A stretch of DNA of 64,000 bases from Desulfatiglandales bacterium (GTDB lineage: Bacteria; Desulfobacterota; DSM-4660; Desulfatiglandales; Desulfatiglandaceae): the NCBI GenBank assembly GCA_963666345.1, contig OY762721.1, positions 2,144,001 through 2,208,000 on the forward strand, written 5' to 3'. The notes under the pieces were generated by a model. It made no database searches. It had not been told where the DNA came from and saw nothing but the letters and a program-made list of their open reading frames with translations. This document shows positions 1 through 8,964 of this stretch, piece by piece. Position 1 is the first letter of the stretch, and the number at the start of each line of letters is the position of its first letter. Position numbers and translations under genes: made by a program.

Positions 1-453
1 CTCATTTGCAGCATAGCCAAGCTCCACGGCAAGCGCGGCCCTTTCATTTTCATCCCTTGGCAGTCCTTCCGGTCCCCACATAAGGGCCACCATCGCCGCC
101 TTGTATTTTACCGCCAAAGGAATCATCTTTTCGTATCTCTCAGGCCTTACCATGATCGAATTAATTATCGCCTTTCCCCTGTGAGCAGCAAGTCCGGCCT
201 CCATAGCCTCTATGTTCGAAGTATCAAGAACAAGGGACGGGGTATCCCCGATCTCCTCTTGAACCGTCTTTACAACGAACTCCATCAACTCCGGCCCGCC
301 TTTTCTGGCGGGGCCCAGATTGATGTCTATCCAGTCCATTCCCATCTCTTTCTGACGCTTGGCCTCTTCGACAATGGGACGGGGATCTTTTTCCTTGAAG
401 GCCTTGCCTATGACCTTGTTTATCACATTTAAATTTTCTCCAATCAGTAGCAT
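1..453 (-). CDS. acsE: Methyltetrahydrofolate:corrinoid iron-sulfur protein methyltransferase (3' end runs off the window)
   Basis: Not in the ORF track. Manual translation from ATG 453 gives MLLIGENLNVINK..WIDINLGPARK..LVLDTSNIEAMEAGL..IINSIM (pterin-binding fold), open to position 1. GGAG SD upstream; follows acsC. Confidence 0.85.
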   Translation of the reverse strand, partial: MLLIGENLNVINKVIGKAFKEKDPRPIVEEAKRQKEMGMDWIDINLGPARKGGPELMEFVVKTVQEEIGDTPSLVLDTSNIEAMEAGLAAHRGKAIINSIMVRPERYEKMIPLAVKYKAAMVALMWGPEGLPRDENERAALAVELGYAANE

Positions 454-484
454 GGGCTGTCTCCATCTAGTGTTATTATTTTTT

Positions 485-645
485 GGTTCTTCTCCAACTA
501 GGTTGCAAAAGAGGTTTCAAGGACCCAGGGGGTCAAGGGTTAGAGGATTTAAAATACTTATAATTTATCAGCACTTCACTTCAACACTTGAATCCCCGGC
601 CCCTTGAACCCCGTCGGTTTTCACCTGTTAAACTGGAAAAGATCT
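485..645. repeat. Imperfect long inverted repeat (MITE/REP-like) in the acsC-acsE spacer
   Basis: 513-541 matches the reverse complement of 583-611 at 22/29 positions, with two TCAAG cores 16 nt apart in each arm. Outer arms 485-496 and 634-645 match at 9/12. Confidence 0.55.
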
Positions 646-803
646 CCTTGTTCAGTCTCCTGTTTAAGATCCACAAAACAGGAGACTCGATCCGGATCAT
701 TCCCTAAAGGCCTTGATTATCAAAAGGGCCTTGTTATTACAAAAAAACAGGCATCCTATATTCATCATGGCCGAGCAGGAATCGCCGCATGACGTTAGGC
801 ATA

Positions 804-2150
804 TCAGGCTGAAAACTCCTTCAGAAACTTGGGAAGCAGAGAGGCGTCCCTTGGCCCGATAATGATCTCCCAGTCGGGCAGTTCTTCCTCCATCTCACCA
901 CTTATGGAGGCGGCGTACCCAGGGATGATTACCTTCCTGTGAGATATCTTATCAGCTATCCCGCTCTTTTTGACGAACATGCCTACGGCATCCCCGGAGA
1001 ATTTCCCCGCCGCCCAGGCGGTCATAACTGAAAGGCCCTCTGTGTCCATTATAAGAAGCCAGCTTGGAACCCTGCTTCCTTCCACTTCACCGCTTACTAT
1101 AAAATATGTAAGAGAGAAATTGGTAGTTACAATAACGGGAGATTTCTCATCGGGCGTTCCAATTTCATATATCCCCTCAGTAACGGTCATAGGCCTTTGA
1201 GGGTCAGTGAAAATGTTGAGCCTCTCCAGCAGGACCGGAAAGAGATTCTCTCCCTTGAAATCCGACATTATTATAATGCCTGCATACTTGGCCACCAACA
1301 TTGAGGCGATGACGGTCTCCATGTCCAGGTTGTCCGCCATTTCACAGGGAAAGGTGATCGTCGGAAACCCGAGAGAACGGTTTCCGTCCTTAAGGGGGGC
1401 CCTTCTTAGGGCCACCTGATCCTCAAATAACTTCTTCGGCTCTCTTGATCCGGTATCGAGAACAAGATCTTTCAACCCCATGCCGGTCAGCTTGTCGCTG
1501 AGTTCTATTATTTCAGCCACACTCTCGGCTTTGACAGCCAGCGGCAGGTCGGTTTCCTTTGCAAGCGCCCCCATGTCATCGGCGTTTTCCTTGGTAGCCG
1601 CGTAAAGTAAAGGCCTTTTAAAGGCACACCCCTTTAACGCCTCCTTGAGCACCTCCACCTTATCGCTCATTAGCACAAGGCCGAATTCACTCTCTTCTGC
1701 GATCTTCTTTGCGGCAGCGGCAAAGGCCTCCCCGTCTCCTGTCACATCCTTTAAGGCCACCAGTTCAGGTCTCAGATTGACTCCCACCCTTTCGTACTGA
1801 AAGGCATTCCACTCCTTGAGCTTTCTGTCAAGGGCATCAGGGTCGATGTCGGAGCCCACCATGGCACCGATGCCTGTGGGATTGTAAAATGTCTTCTCGT
1901 GCCTGTACATGACGGTTTCCCCGCCAACCTTGAATGCCCTCGGTCCGGCACCGATTGCAACCGGCCTTATGGGAGGAGCCGAGGCCTCTGCAAGTTTTTC
2001 TCTTGCATCGTCTGATACGTAAGGGCATGCGTCCAGCTCCGCCTTTCCGGAAGCAAGGTTCATCGCAAAGGCCAGGCAGGTAGGGACACCACATTCGCCG
2101 CAGTTTGTCTTGGGCAACATCTTAAATATTTGAATTCCAGTAAGTCCCAT
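804..2150 (-). CDS. acsC: Corrinoid iron-sulfur protein large (gamma) subunit
   Basis: N-terminal LPKTNCGECGVPTCLAFA...CP 4Fe-4S motif; TNFSLTY and SVMTAWAAGKF; 448 aa. Confidence 0.95.
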   Translation of the reverse strand: MGLTGIQIFKMLPKTNCGECGVPTCLAFAMNLASGKAELDACPYVSDDAREKLAEASAPPIRPVAIGAGPRAFKVGGETVMYRHEKTFYNPTGIGAMVGSDIDPDALDRKLKEWNAFQYERVGVNLRPELVALKDVTGDGEAFAAAAKKIAEESEFGLVLMSDKVEVLKEALKGCAFKRPLLYAATKENADDMGALAKETDLPLAVKAESVAEIIELSDKLTGMGLKDLVLDTGSREPKKLFEDQVALRRAPLKDGNRSLGFPTITFPCEMADNLDMETVIASMLVAKYAGIIIMSDFKGENLFPVLLERLNIFTDPQRPMTVTEGIYEIGTPDEKSPVIVTTNFSLTYFIVSGEVEGSRVPSWLLIMDTEGLSVMTAWAAGKFSGDAVGMFVKKSGIADKISHRKVIIPGYAASISGEMEEELPDWEIIIGPRDASLLPKFLKEFSA

Positions 2151-2183
2151 TTTTCACTCCTGAATACGTTGTATTATTGTTCA

Positions 2184-4400
2184 CTACCCCACGATCGGAT
2201 CCATTTTCAAGGCGGGGTGATCCTTCTCCTGCAGGAAAGCCAGAACGCTCTCCTCATCCGTACCTACCGTCTCATCTGCTATCCTGTCTATCAGGTCAGG
2301 CATACCCAGTTCCTCACCACGCTTGATGAGTCTTTCCTTTATCTCTTCCTTTAAAGATGTGGGCATCCATACCATCCTGAGCAGGCCGCCGTCGCCGGTA
2401 AGGAACTTTCGCTGCGTAACATTAAACTTGGAATGACCGACAAAACCGGGTGACTGCTGGCCGCCGCCCATGACTCCCGCAAGGGTGGTAAACTTCATAC
2501 CGCAGGGTGTCTCACCGGTATAATCCCTGTTAACCGTCATGACGCCGTTACACATCGGCAGCATGGATGCAATACACTCGCAGCAGCCGCATGTGGTCAT
2601 CGGATCCTGAACCATGCTGTAGAAATTGACATTTGAAACGCTCTGTCTCGACGCCTTGAACACGAATTCATTTACCCCTTCAAAAGAACCCAGCTCCTGA
2701 TCGAGGACAGTGCCCTTTTCCACCGGCTGATTAGGTCCGGTGGGGTTTATCTGATTAGAGGCCTTGCAGTCCATCCAGTTATATGCGCCGCACAGTCCCG
2801 TCCTTTCCGGGCTTACTACGCAGACATGGTTGGGGGCAAAGGACTGGCAGAGAGTGCAGGAATAAAAGATATCCACACTCTCATCGGTCATCTTCTCGAC
2901 CCTTTCATCTCTTGTCTTATACTCGCCCTTGGCCCTTTTTGTCAGAGCCGCCACGTCTTCTTTCTTGGTGTAAAGGGTGACCTGGACCTTATCAAGGATA
3001 CTGCCGAAGTCCTGGTGCAGCTTCGCATGAAGGATCGTACCGAGATCCTTAAGAGTAAAACCCTTTTCAATGGCATTGTCGCTGACCCTTATCCAGGAGA
3101 TGTCCCTCTGTCCTATATGCATTATATACTGGGCGTAATTGATCAGGTGGTGAATCTGTCTTTCAAGGATAGGTTCGAAGTCCACCTGCATCTCCCTTCC
3201 CGCCACCTGCACATATATGCCGAGGGGAAGGGTGTCGCCTTTCTTTATGTCCGTAACATCAGGACCTACGACCTCGACCTTGCCGTCTTCTATCTCGTTC
3301 ATCTCGGCCATCTTGCAAAGTTCGGTGCATTGGGTCTTGCTTCCACCCATCTCCGTGTAGAGATCGTCCTTTCTGACACGCTCACCTTCGAATGCGGGCC
3401 CATAGGCAAGAGGTATGTCTATCTCAGATATGGTGACCTTGAGCCCCCTGATCTCTATGGATTTCTGGGTCATCTCCTCATGCCCGACATTGGCCACCAC
3501 ATGCTCATAGGTGCATATACCGGTGGGAAGGATCTCAGGGATATCTGTATCCGCGATGGTGGGGAATCCCCAGTTAACCGCCCCGGCGGCATTTGCAGCC
3601 CACTCGGCGTTAACGTCTCCAAGGGCGTTTACAAAGGCGAAGATACGATTTTTCTGGTATTGAAGCATCTTCTTATAGTCTCCCGGCTCTATTCCGCCGA
3701 AGGACATGCCGGCACGGTTTGCAAAACCGAGAGCAAACACTGCAGCGGAGATATCAGGGCCGAACGGAACCAGACGAGTGTTCCAGCCGATCTGGACCCC
3801 TTCCTCCATCAACTGCTCGGCAAAAGTGGTGCCGGTCTGATTGGCCGCCATAAAAACGTAAATACTTTTTTTCTGATATTCCTCGGCAATGAGCTTTGCA
3901 GTGGCTGCATCGGGAGCAGCCCCTACAACAGCTGCAAACCCGGGAGCGGTGCCGTCCACGAACTCAACACCCCTTTTTCTCATAATGGCATCGTCGGCAG
4001 CTCCGAGCCAGATTCTGCCGTTTTCAACATCCGGATCTTCAACCTCGGGTTGGTAGAAATCGGGATCTTCCACATACCTGATCGCCTCCACGATCTCTTC
4101 GGCGAAAATCGCCGCCATGCCCGCGTCCAGTAAAGGCCCCAGATAAGGCAGGTTGCAGTCGTTCTTGATATGAGGCGGCAGGAGTGCCCTGGCAAACTCA
4201 AGAGGTTTTTTGGCTGAATCCAGATCCGTCACTTTTATCCCGGTCAAAGAGTAAATGATCGGCAGATAATATGCGGTATTGGGAAACTCCAGTTTCTGAG
4301 CTCCTCCGAATTTCTCCAGGGCCATTCTATATTTGCCCTCTGCCTTGGCAACGATATTATAACCACCCTGGATTGCTGCAAATGCTACCAGCTTTGACAT
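2184..4400 (-). CDS. acsB: Acetyl-CoA synthase (bacterial type, with N-terminal domain)
   Basis: FPNTAYYLP; A-cluster ligands CTLCQSFAPNHVC..CG and PMTTCGCCE; 738 aa. Confidence 0.95.
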   Translation of the reverse strand: MSKLVAFAAIQGGYNIVAKAEGKYRMALEKFGGAQKLEFPNTAYYLPIIYSLTGIKVTDLDSAKKPLEFARALLPPHIKNDCNLPYLGPLLDAGMAAIFAEEIVEAIRYVEDPDFYQPEVEDPDVENGRIWLGAADDAIMRKRGVEFVDGTAPGFAAVVGAAPDAATAKLIAEEYQKKSIYVFMAANQTGTTFAEQLMEEGVQIGWNTRLVPFGPDISAAVFALGFANRAGMSFGGIEPGDYKKMLQYQKNRIFAFVNALGDVNAEWAANAAGAVNWGFPTIADTDIPEILPTGICTYEHVVANVGHEEMTQKSIEIRGLKVTISEIDIPLAYGPAFEGERVRKDDLYTEMGGSKTQCTELCKMAEMNEIEDGKVEVVGPDVTDIKKGDTLPLGIYVQVAGREMQVDFEPILERQIHHLINYAQYIMHIGQRDISWIRVSDNAIEKGFTLKDLGTILHAKLHQDFGSILDKVQVTLYTKKEDVAALTKRAKGEYKTRDERVEKMTDESVDIFYSCTLCQSFAPNHVCVVSPERTGLCGAYNWMDCKASNQINPTGPNQPVEKGTVLDQELGSFEGVNEFVFKASRQSVSNVNFYSMVQDPMTTCGCCECIASMLPMCNGVMTVNRDYTGETPCGMKFTTLAGVMGGGQQSPGFVGHSKFNVTQRKFLTGDGGLLRMVWMPTSLKEEIKERLIKRGEELGMPDLIDRIADETVGTDEESVLAFLQEKDHPALKMDPIVG

Positions 4401-4460
4401 AGTCCATTTCCTCCCTTCTTAAGAGGTATTATTCGTTTGTCCACATTATTTCTTCACCAA

Positions 4461-6506
4461 CTAGGCTGCTTCAAGATCCCGCCTGTCGGACATATCCATA
4501 AGGACCCTTTCACGCGCCTTATCTATACCGAGTGCCTTACGTTTTTTGTCGATATGGGCTATCATCTTCTGGGCGTGTTTGATAGGATCCACTTCCAGAT
4601 CCCACATGCCGCCGTAGATATCCTCCAGTTCCTTGTATAGATAGTTTTCAAATACCGGTGAGCCGCTTACAGGCATGGTTACTCCAAAGACCGTGTAAAC
4701 ACCCGCTGTTACGAAATAATGTCCGATACTTATCGCCTTTTCGCTCATCCATTCAGGCGCGGAGCCTGCTACCGGCAGCTCGCTTATGTCATTTCCAAGG
4801 CCGCCCGCCTTGACCACTTCGGTTGCGGCCATAAGGATCCGGCTGTTGTCGACGCACGAGCCCATATGAAGAACAGGAGGAATTCCAACCGTTTCACAGA
4901 CCTCAGCCAGCCCCGGCCCGCAGTAGACCTTTGCCGACTCCGGAGTCAGCAGCCCGGCCTTTGCGCACGCAATGGCATTACAGCCGGTTGTAAGGACTAT
5001 TACATCGTTTCTGATAAGTTCCTTTACAACGGCCACATGACCCGCATCGAGCGAGGTGCGTGCATTGTTGCAACCCACGACCCCGGCTATGCCCCTAATC
5101 CTGCCGTTGATAATGTTTTCATTGAGTGGGGTATATGAGCCCCGGAATGTCCCGCCCAAATGATAGTTTATGGCCTCATAACTGAACCCGGCAACAAGAT
5201 CCGACTGGTTGTCCGGAATCATTACTTCCTTTTCTCTATTGGGGAAATTGTCTATAGCGGTTTTGACTATCTTTTTCGCGTCTTCAAATGCGCTGTGCTC
5301 GTCAAATTCTATATGTATGGTGTCTCCGGAGGCTATCTTGGCCCTGGGATTGGTGGTAATCACCTTTGTGTGAAAACACTGGGCGACACTTGCTATATTC
5401 TCCATGATGCACTGAACATCGACTACCATTGCGTCCACGGCGCCGGTTATAATTGCAAGCTCCTGTTGCAGAAAATCGCCGCACAGGGGAATTCCATGGC
5501 GCATAAGAAGCTCGTTTGCAGTACAGCAGATCCCGCTCAGTTGAATTCCCTTGGCCCCGTTCGACTTTGAGAGTTCAATCATTTCAGGCAGCTCGGCAGC
5601 CTGAACGATCATTTCGCTCAAAAGCGGCTCATGCCCGTGAATGACTATGTTGACATGGTCCTCTTTGAGCACGGCCAGGTTGGCCTTGCTTTTGACCGGA
5701 TACGGGCACCCGAAAAGCACATCCTGCAGGTCGGTGGCTATCATGGAACCACCCCAGCCATCACCTATGGCCGCCCTTGAGCACTGTGCCAATATATTCT
5801 CATAATCCTGGTCCACACCTATGTGGGTGCGGTGCATGATCTCCACTATCTCGCGGTCGATTCCTCTGGGAACCACGCCCAGTTTCTGCCATAACTCGTA
5901 ACGAGGCTTGGGTGCCCTCTTTGCGGTGCAGACAGCCCCCTGCTGCTGACCCCATTGTCCGAGAGCCCTCTCCCCCACTTCCACGGCGATTTCATCAATA
6001 TCCCGGTCAAGCATCTGCCCGTCTTCACCTTCAACCTTGATTTCGACACCGAAATCAGGGGCGATCTCAAGAAGCTTCTTGGTATCCTTGATACGGTAGT
6101 CTTGAGTTTCCTTTCTGGCGGCTGCAAGAAAGGTCTCTGCCACACCCCTTCCATGGTCGGAATGTGCGGCCGCTCCCCCGGCTACCATGCGGGCAAAGTT
6201 CCTGGCGCAAATCGTCTCCGGTGTCGCACCGCACAGGCCCTTTCTCGTGTCTTCACCTTCTATGCCCCCTTTGGGCAAAGGAAGCCGGCATGGACCCTGT
6301 GAACAATTTTTGCAGCATGTTCCCTGTGCCCCGATGTTACAAGCTTTCATGCTCTGGGCACGGTCGAAGATTGTCTCGATTTCCATCTCCCTTGATCTTT
6401 CAATCATTTTCATGCATGCCGGATCAATGGTAAGATCCTCGGGCCTAGGTACCGCCTTCTGCTTTTTCTTAGTTGCCACATCCTTTTTTACTTCTTCTGT
6501 TGCCAT
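4461..6506 (-). CDS. cooS: Anaerobic Ni-CO dehydrogenase catalytic subunit (CooS/AcsA)
   Basis: CCKNCSQGPC, AAAHSDH, HGHEP, GICCT, DVQC, GCNN, TGC, GSCVDN and EKA motifs. Confidence 0.95.
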   Translation of the reverse strand: MATEEVKKDVATKKKQKAVPRPEDLTIDPACMKMIERSREMEIETIFDRAQSMKACNIGAQGTCCKNCSQGPCRLPLPKGGIEGEDTRKGLCGATPETICARNFARMVAGGAAAHSDHGRGVAETFLAAARKETQDYRIKDTKKLLEIAPDFGVEIKVEGEDGQMLDRDIDEIAVEVGERALGQWGQQQGAVCTAKRAPKPRYELWQKLGVVPRGIDREIVEIMHRTHIGVDQDYENILAQCSRAAIGDGWGGSMIATDLQDVLFGCPYPVKSKANLAVLKEDHVNIVIHGHEPLLSEMIVQAAELPEMIELSKSNGAKGIQLSGICCTANELLMRHGIPLCGDFLQQELAIITGAVDAMVVDVQCIMENIASVAQCFHTKVITTNPRAKIASGDTIHIEFDEHSAFEDAKKIVKTAIDNFPNREKEVMIPDNQSDLVAGFSYEAINYHLGGTFRGSYTPLNENIINGRIRGIAGVVGCNNARTSLDAGHVAVVKELIRNDVIVLTTGCNAIACAKAGLLTPESAKVYCGPGLAEVCETVGIPPVLHMGSCVDNSRILMAATEVVKAGGLGNDISELPVAGSAPEWMSEKAISIGHYFVTAGVYTVFGVTMPVSGSPVFENYLYKELEDIYGGMWDLEVDPIKHAQKMIAHIDKKRKALGIDKARERVLMDMSDRRDLEAA

Positions 6507-6574
6507 CGGTGAGGTTCCTCCTCTCCTGTTTCGTTATTGACAGTTCTTGATTTTGCTCTCCCTACCCACTTATC

Positions 6575-8161
6575 TCAGGCTCTCTTGTGTATACGATTGA
6601 GATCTTGAGTCAATCTCTCCACAAGACCTAGTTGTACCCCTGCAGGGGTCTTTTTTATATCAGATTTCCCGGCAGCTTCTCTTTCGGCCTCAAGTTTCTC
6701 TCGTTCAATGCTTCTCTTAAGTCTGAGTGCCTGTAAATCCTCAAGTTCTTTTGCCTTTGCTTCTGCCTTGGCCTCTTCCGCCGCCTTTTTCGCGGCTTCT
6801 TCCTCGGCCTTCGCCCTGGCCTCCTGCTCGGCCTTTTTCGCGGCTTCCGCCTCAGCCTTTGCCCTGGCCTCTTCTGCCGCCTTTTTCGCGGCTTCTTCCT
6901 CGGCCTTCGCCCTGGCCTCCTGCTCGGCCTTTTTATCGGCTTCCACCTCAGCCTTGGGCTTTACCTCTTCTGCCTTTAACTCAGGTTCCGGTTTTAACTC
7001 TTTTTCAGGTTCTTTCTTAGGCTCTGCTTTCTTCTTAGGCTCGGCCTTTACTTCCTTTTTCTCTGCCTTTGGAGCCGCCTTTTTTTCAGCCTTTGCCTCC
7101 TTTTTGGCCTCTTCAAACTCAAGCACAGGCTCAGGCGAGACAGCCAGAAGGTCTATTTCCACTTGCTCCATGTTCTTTGAAATGCCGGCAACGCCGGTGG
7201 CCATTCCCCCGTTTATCATCAGTTCGATGAACGAACGCGTCAGCCTGACCGTTTCAGGATGTCTCAAAATGACTACGTCTGATCCACCAAGAAGATATGC
7301 CGTCGCTGCCGTCGCCTCCATAAGTATTGGGCGTCTTTCGGCATCCCCGAGCGTGGGGGCGTCCTGTTCGGACTGACCGGCTTCTTTGCACTTCCAAACC
7401 TCGTTTCCTACATTATTTATCATAGGTATCTGGAGTTTATCGTCTTCCTGAGTCAAAGCGGCCATTCTGATACGTTCCATTACCGAGTAGCTGTATTCCA
7501 TTCCGTATCCGAGGCCACCCGTGGTAGGATCTATGAGGATTTTCTCCTGCTTTACACCTAGATTTCCGAGAAGTATATTCAACTGTTTGGCTAGATTCAC
7601 GTCTATGGGGGAGCTTGCCACAATAACATGCCCGTAACCAAGTGCACTAGCCCCTATCCCCTTGTGATTGGCTTCCTCTACCGGTCCTAAACCGACATTC
7701 ATTCCCTCACACAATTCAGAAATCTTCTTTAGGACATCTTCATCTTTCTGATTATTTGCGGTTCCCCATACCACCAGGGGTACGTCAACGGCGTCTGCAA
7801 CCTCTTTTGCCGTTTTCGCCGCCTCCTCCGCACTTTTATCCATACCGTTCGGATCCGTACCCTTCAACTGCAGAACTATAAGATCCGCGCCATATTCCTC
7901 CACACACTTTTTCGCCCATTCTGAGGGGGAGGAAATAACATCCTTAAACGGCTCTATGGCAGCTTGAGGCCATTCCTGTGAAGGATCATAGTCCCAAATC
8001 TCCATGGCTATTTTAGGCGGATTTGGTGAAGACCCCTCAAAAAGATGAAACGCATAGGAGTCTGATCCTCCGACCGTAACCGCGGCACTTCCGCTTCCGA
8101 CCGTAGTAGTCCCTATTTTTCCTGAATAGGGTTGTTTCGGGATTTCAAAGGCCAATTTCAT
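6575..8161 (-). CDS. acsD: Corrinoid iron-sulfur protein small (delta) subunit with a long Lys/Ala/Glu-rich C-terminal extension
   Basis: SPIDVNLAKQLN, IDPTTGGLGYGMEYSYSVMERIR and RHPE. AGGAGG SD; TTG at 8155 is a better-spaced alternative start. Confidence 0.92.
   Translation of the reverse strand: MKLAFEIPKQPYSGKIGTTTVGSGSAAVTVGGSDSYAFHLFEGSSPNPPKIAMEIWDYDPSQEWPQAAIEPFKDVISSPSEWAKKCVEEYGADLIVLQLKGTDPNGMDKSAEEAAKTAKEVADAVDVPLVVWGTANNQKDEDVLKKISELCEGMNVGLGPVEEANHKGIGASALGYGHVIVASSPIDVNLAKQLNILLGNLGVKQEKILIDPTTGGLGYGMEYSYSVMERIRMAALTQEDDKLQIPMINNVGNEVWKCKEAGQSEQDAPTLGDAERRPILMEATAATAYLLGGSDVVILRHPETVRLTRSFIELMINGGMATGVAGISKNMEQVEIDLLAVSPEPVLEFEEAKKEAKAEKKAAPKAEKKEVKAEPKKKAEPKKEPEKELKPEPELKAEEVKPKAEVEADKKAEQEARAKAEEEAAKKAAEEARAKAEAEAAKKAEQEARAKAEEEAAKKAAEEAKAEAKAKELEDLQALRLKRSIEREKLEAEREAAGKSDIKKTPAGVQLGLVERLTQDLNRIHKRA
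6767..6956 (-). repeat. In-frame 48-nt tandem repeat with a 96-nt ABAB higher-order unit in the acsD tail
   Basis: gccgcctttttcgcggcttcttcctcggccttcgccctggcctcctgctcggccttttt occurs at 6780 and 6876. It encodes alternating KKAEQEARAKAEEEAA / KKAAEEARAKAEAEAA. Confidence 0.9.
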
Positions 8162-8539
8162 TACCTCCTTTTTATGAATTTAACCGTGAGATTGAAAAAG
8201 ATTTTCCTGTCGGTTCTCAAAATTTTAGAATACATAAACCGGCGTACTTCAAAAAAACAGGTTTTAATAAAAACCCCGCCCTCTTCTCTTTCAAACACGC
8301 AAAGACTCCGAGTTCAACCGGAAAAGACTTTAGAGGTTATCCTTGAACTTCACTTTTAAAGATATTCGATATCAGCAGCCGGCTACCGGCAAAAGAGATA
8401 AAGACTTCTTGCTCTGAAACCTTAAGAAGACGACCACCGCATCCAAAACTCTTCCTTTTTCGGATGGACGCTGCTTAAAATATGATTCAAAAGATCATAT
8501 CAAGGTAAAGGATTCCTTAAAAACAGGGATCTAAAAAGC

Positions 8540-8683
8540 TTATATAAAGACAGACGCACGACTGTTTATCAACTTAAAAATAAATAAAATATAGGAAACG
8601 GTATTATTTGATTTGCTAAAAAGAGGAAAGATCGGTTTAAGAGATTTTATTGCGAAGACCATAAGATTTAAACCTTTTAGCAC
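8540..8683 (-). CDS. Putative 47-aa small ORF in the acsD leader
   Basis: AGGAGG-tataa-GTG on the minus strand, open for 47 codons (MLKGLNLMVFAIKSLKPIFPLFSKSNNTVSYILFIFKLINSRASVFI) to TAA. No recognisable family. Confidence 0.3.
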   Translation of the reverse strand: MLKGLNLMVFAIKSLKPIFPLFSKSNNTVSYILFIFKLINSRASVFI

Positions 8684-8847
8684 TTATACCTCCTATCGTG
8701 GGTAGCCCCTCGATCGGGGTAACTGGTTTTAATATGTTCACTGCATCCATCTCCCTCGCTCTCGACAAAATTCTGAAAGGAGTTTCAGGAGCTCTCTAAG
8801 GTAGACTTAAAAATGATAAACTAAATGGCCGCCTTTTTCCGTCAGGT

Positions 8848-8877
8848 AACATAAAAAAAAGGGCAAATTATTGTCAA
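8848..8877 (-). promoter_or_regulatory. Putative sigma70 promoter for acsD-cooS-acsB-acsC-acsE
   Basis: Minus strand TTGACA-N18-TATGTT. Confidence 0.5.
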
Positions 8878-8917
8878 GTAAATTCTAAAGTAATTTCAGG
8901 CAGTTTAAATTAGTTTA

Positions 8918-8964
8918 TTCCTATATATTGTATTAAATACTATTTTATGTACAAGATATAGATA
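8918..8964. promoter_or_regulatory. Tandem NrdR-box-like sites
   Basis: ttcCTATATATTGtat (8918-8933) and gtaCAAGATATAGata (8949-8964), 31 bp apart, versus consensus acaCwAtATaTwGtgt. The context is AT-rich. Confidence 0.45.

Noticed and set aside
2826..4133. 435-aa plus-strand ORF
   Set aside because: Antisense shadow of acsB with no recognisable motifs. The same applies to most short ORFs in the track.
6708..7376. 222-aa Ala/Ser/Phe-rich ORF that looks like a membrane protein
   Set aside because: It is the reverse complement of the acsD Lys/Glu/Ala repeat.
8162..8847. Cobalamin or other known riboswitch in the acsD leader
   Set aside because: No B12-box or GCCACTG/GGGAAG elements recognised on the minus strand. 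cmscan would be decisive.
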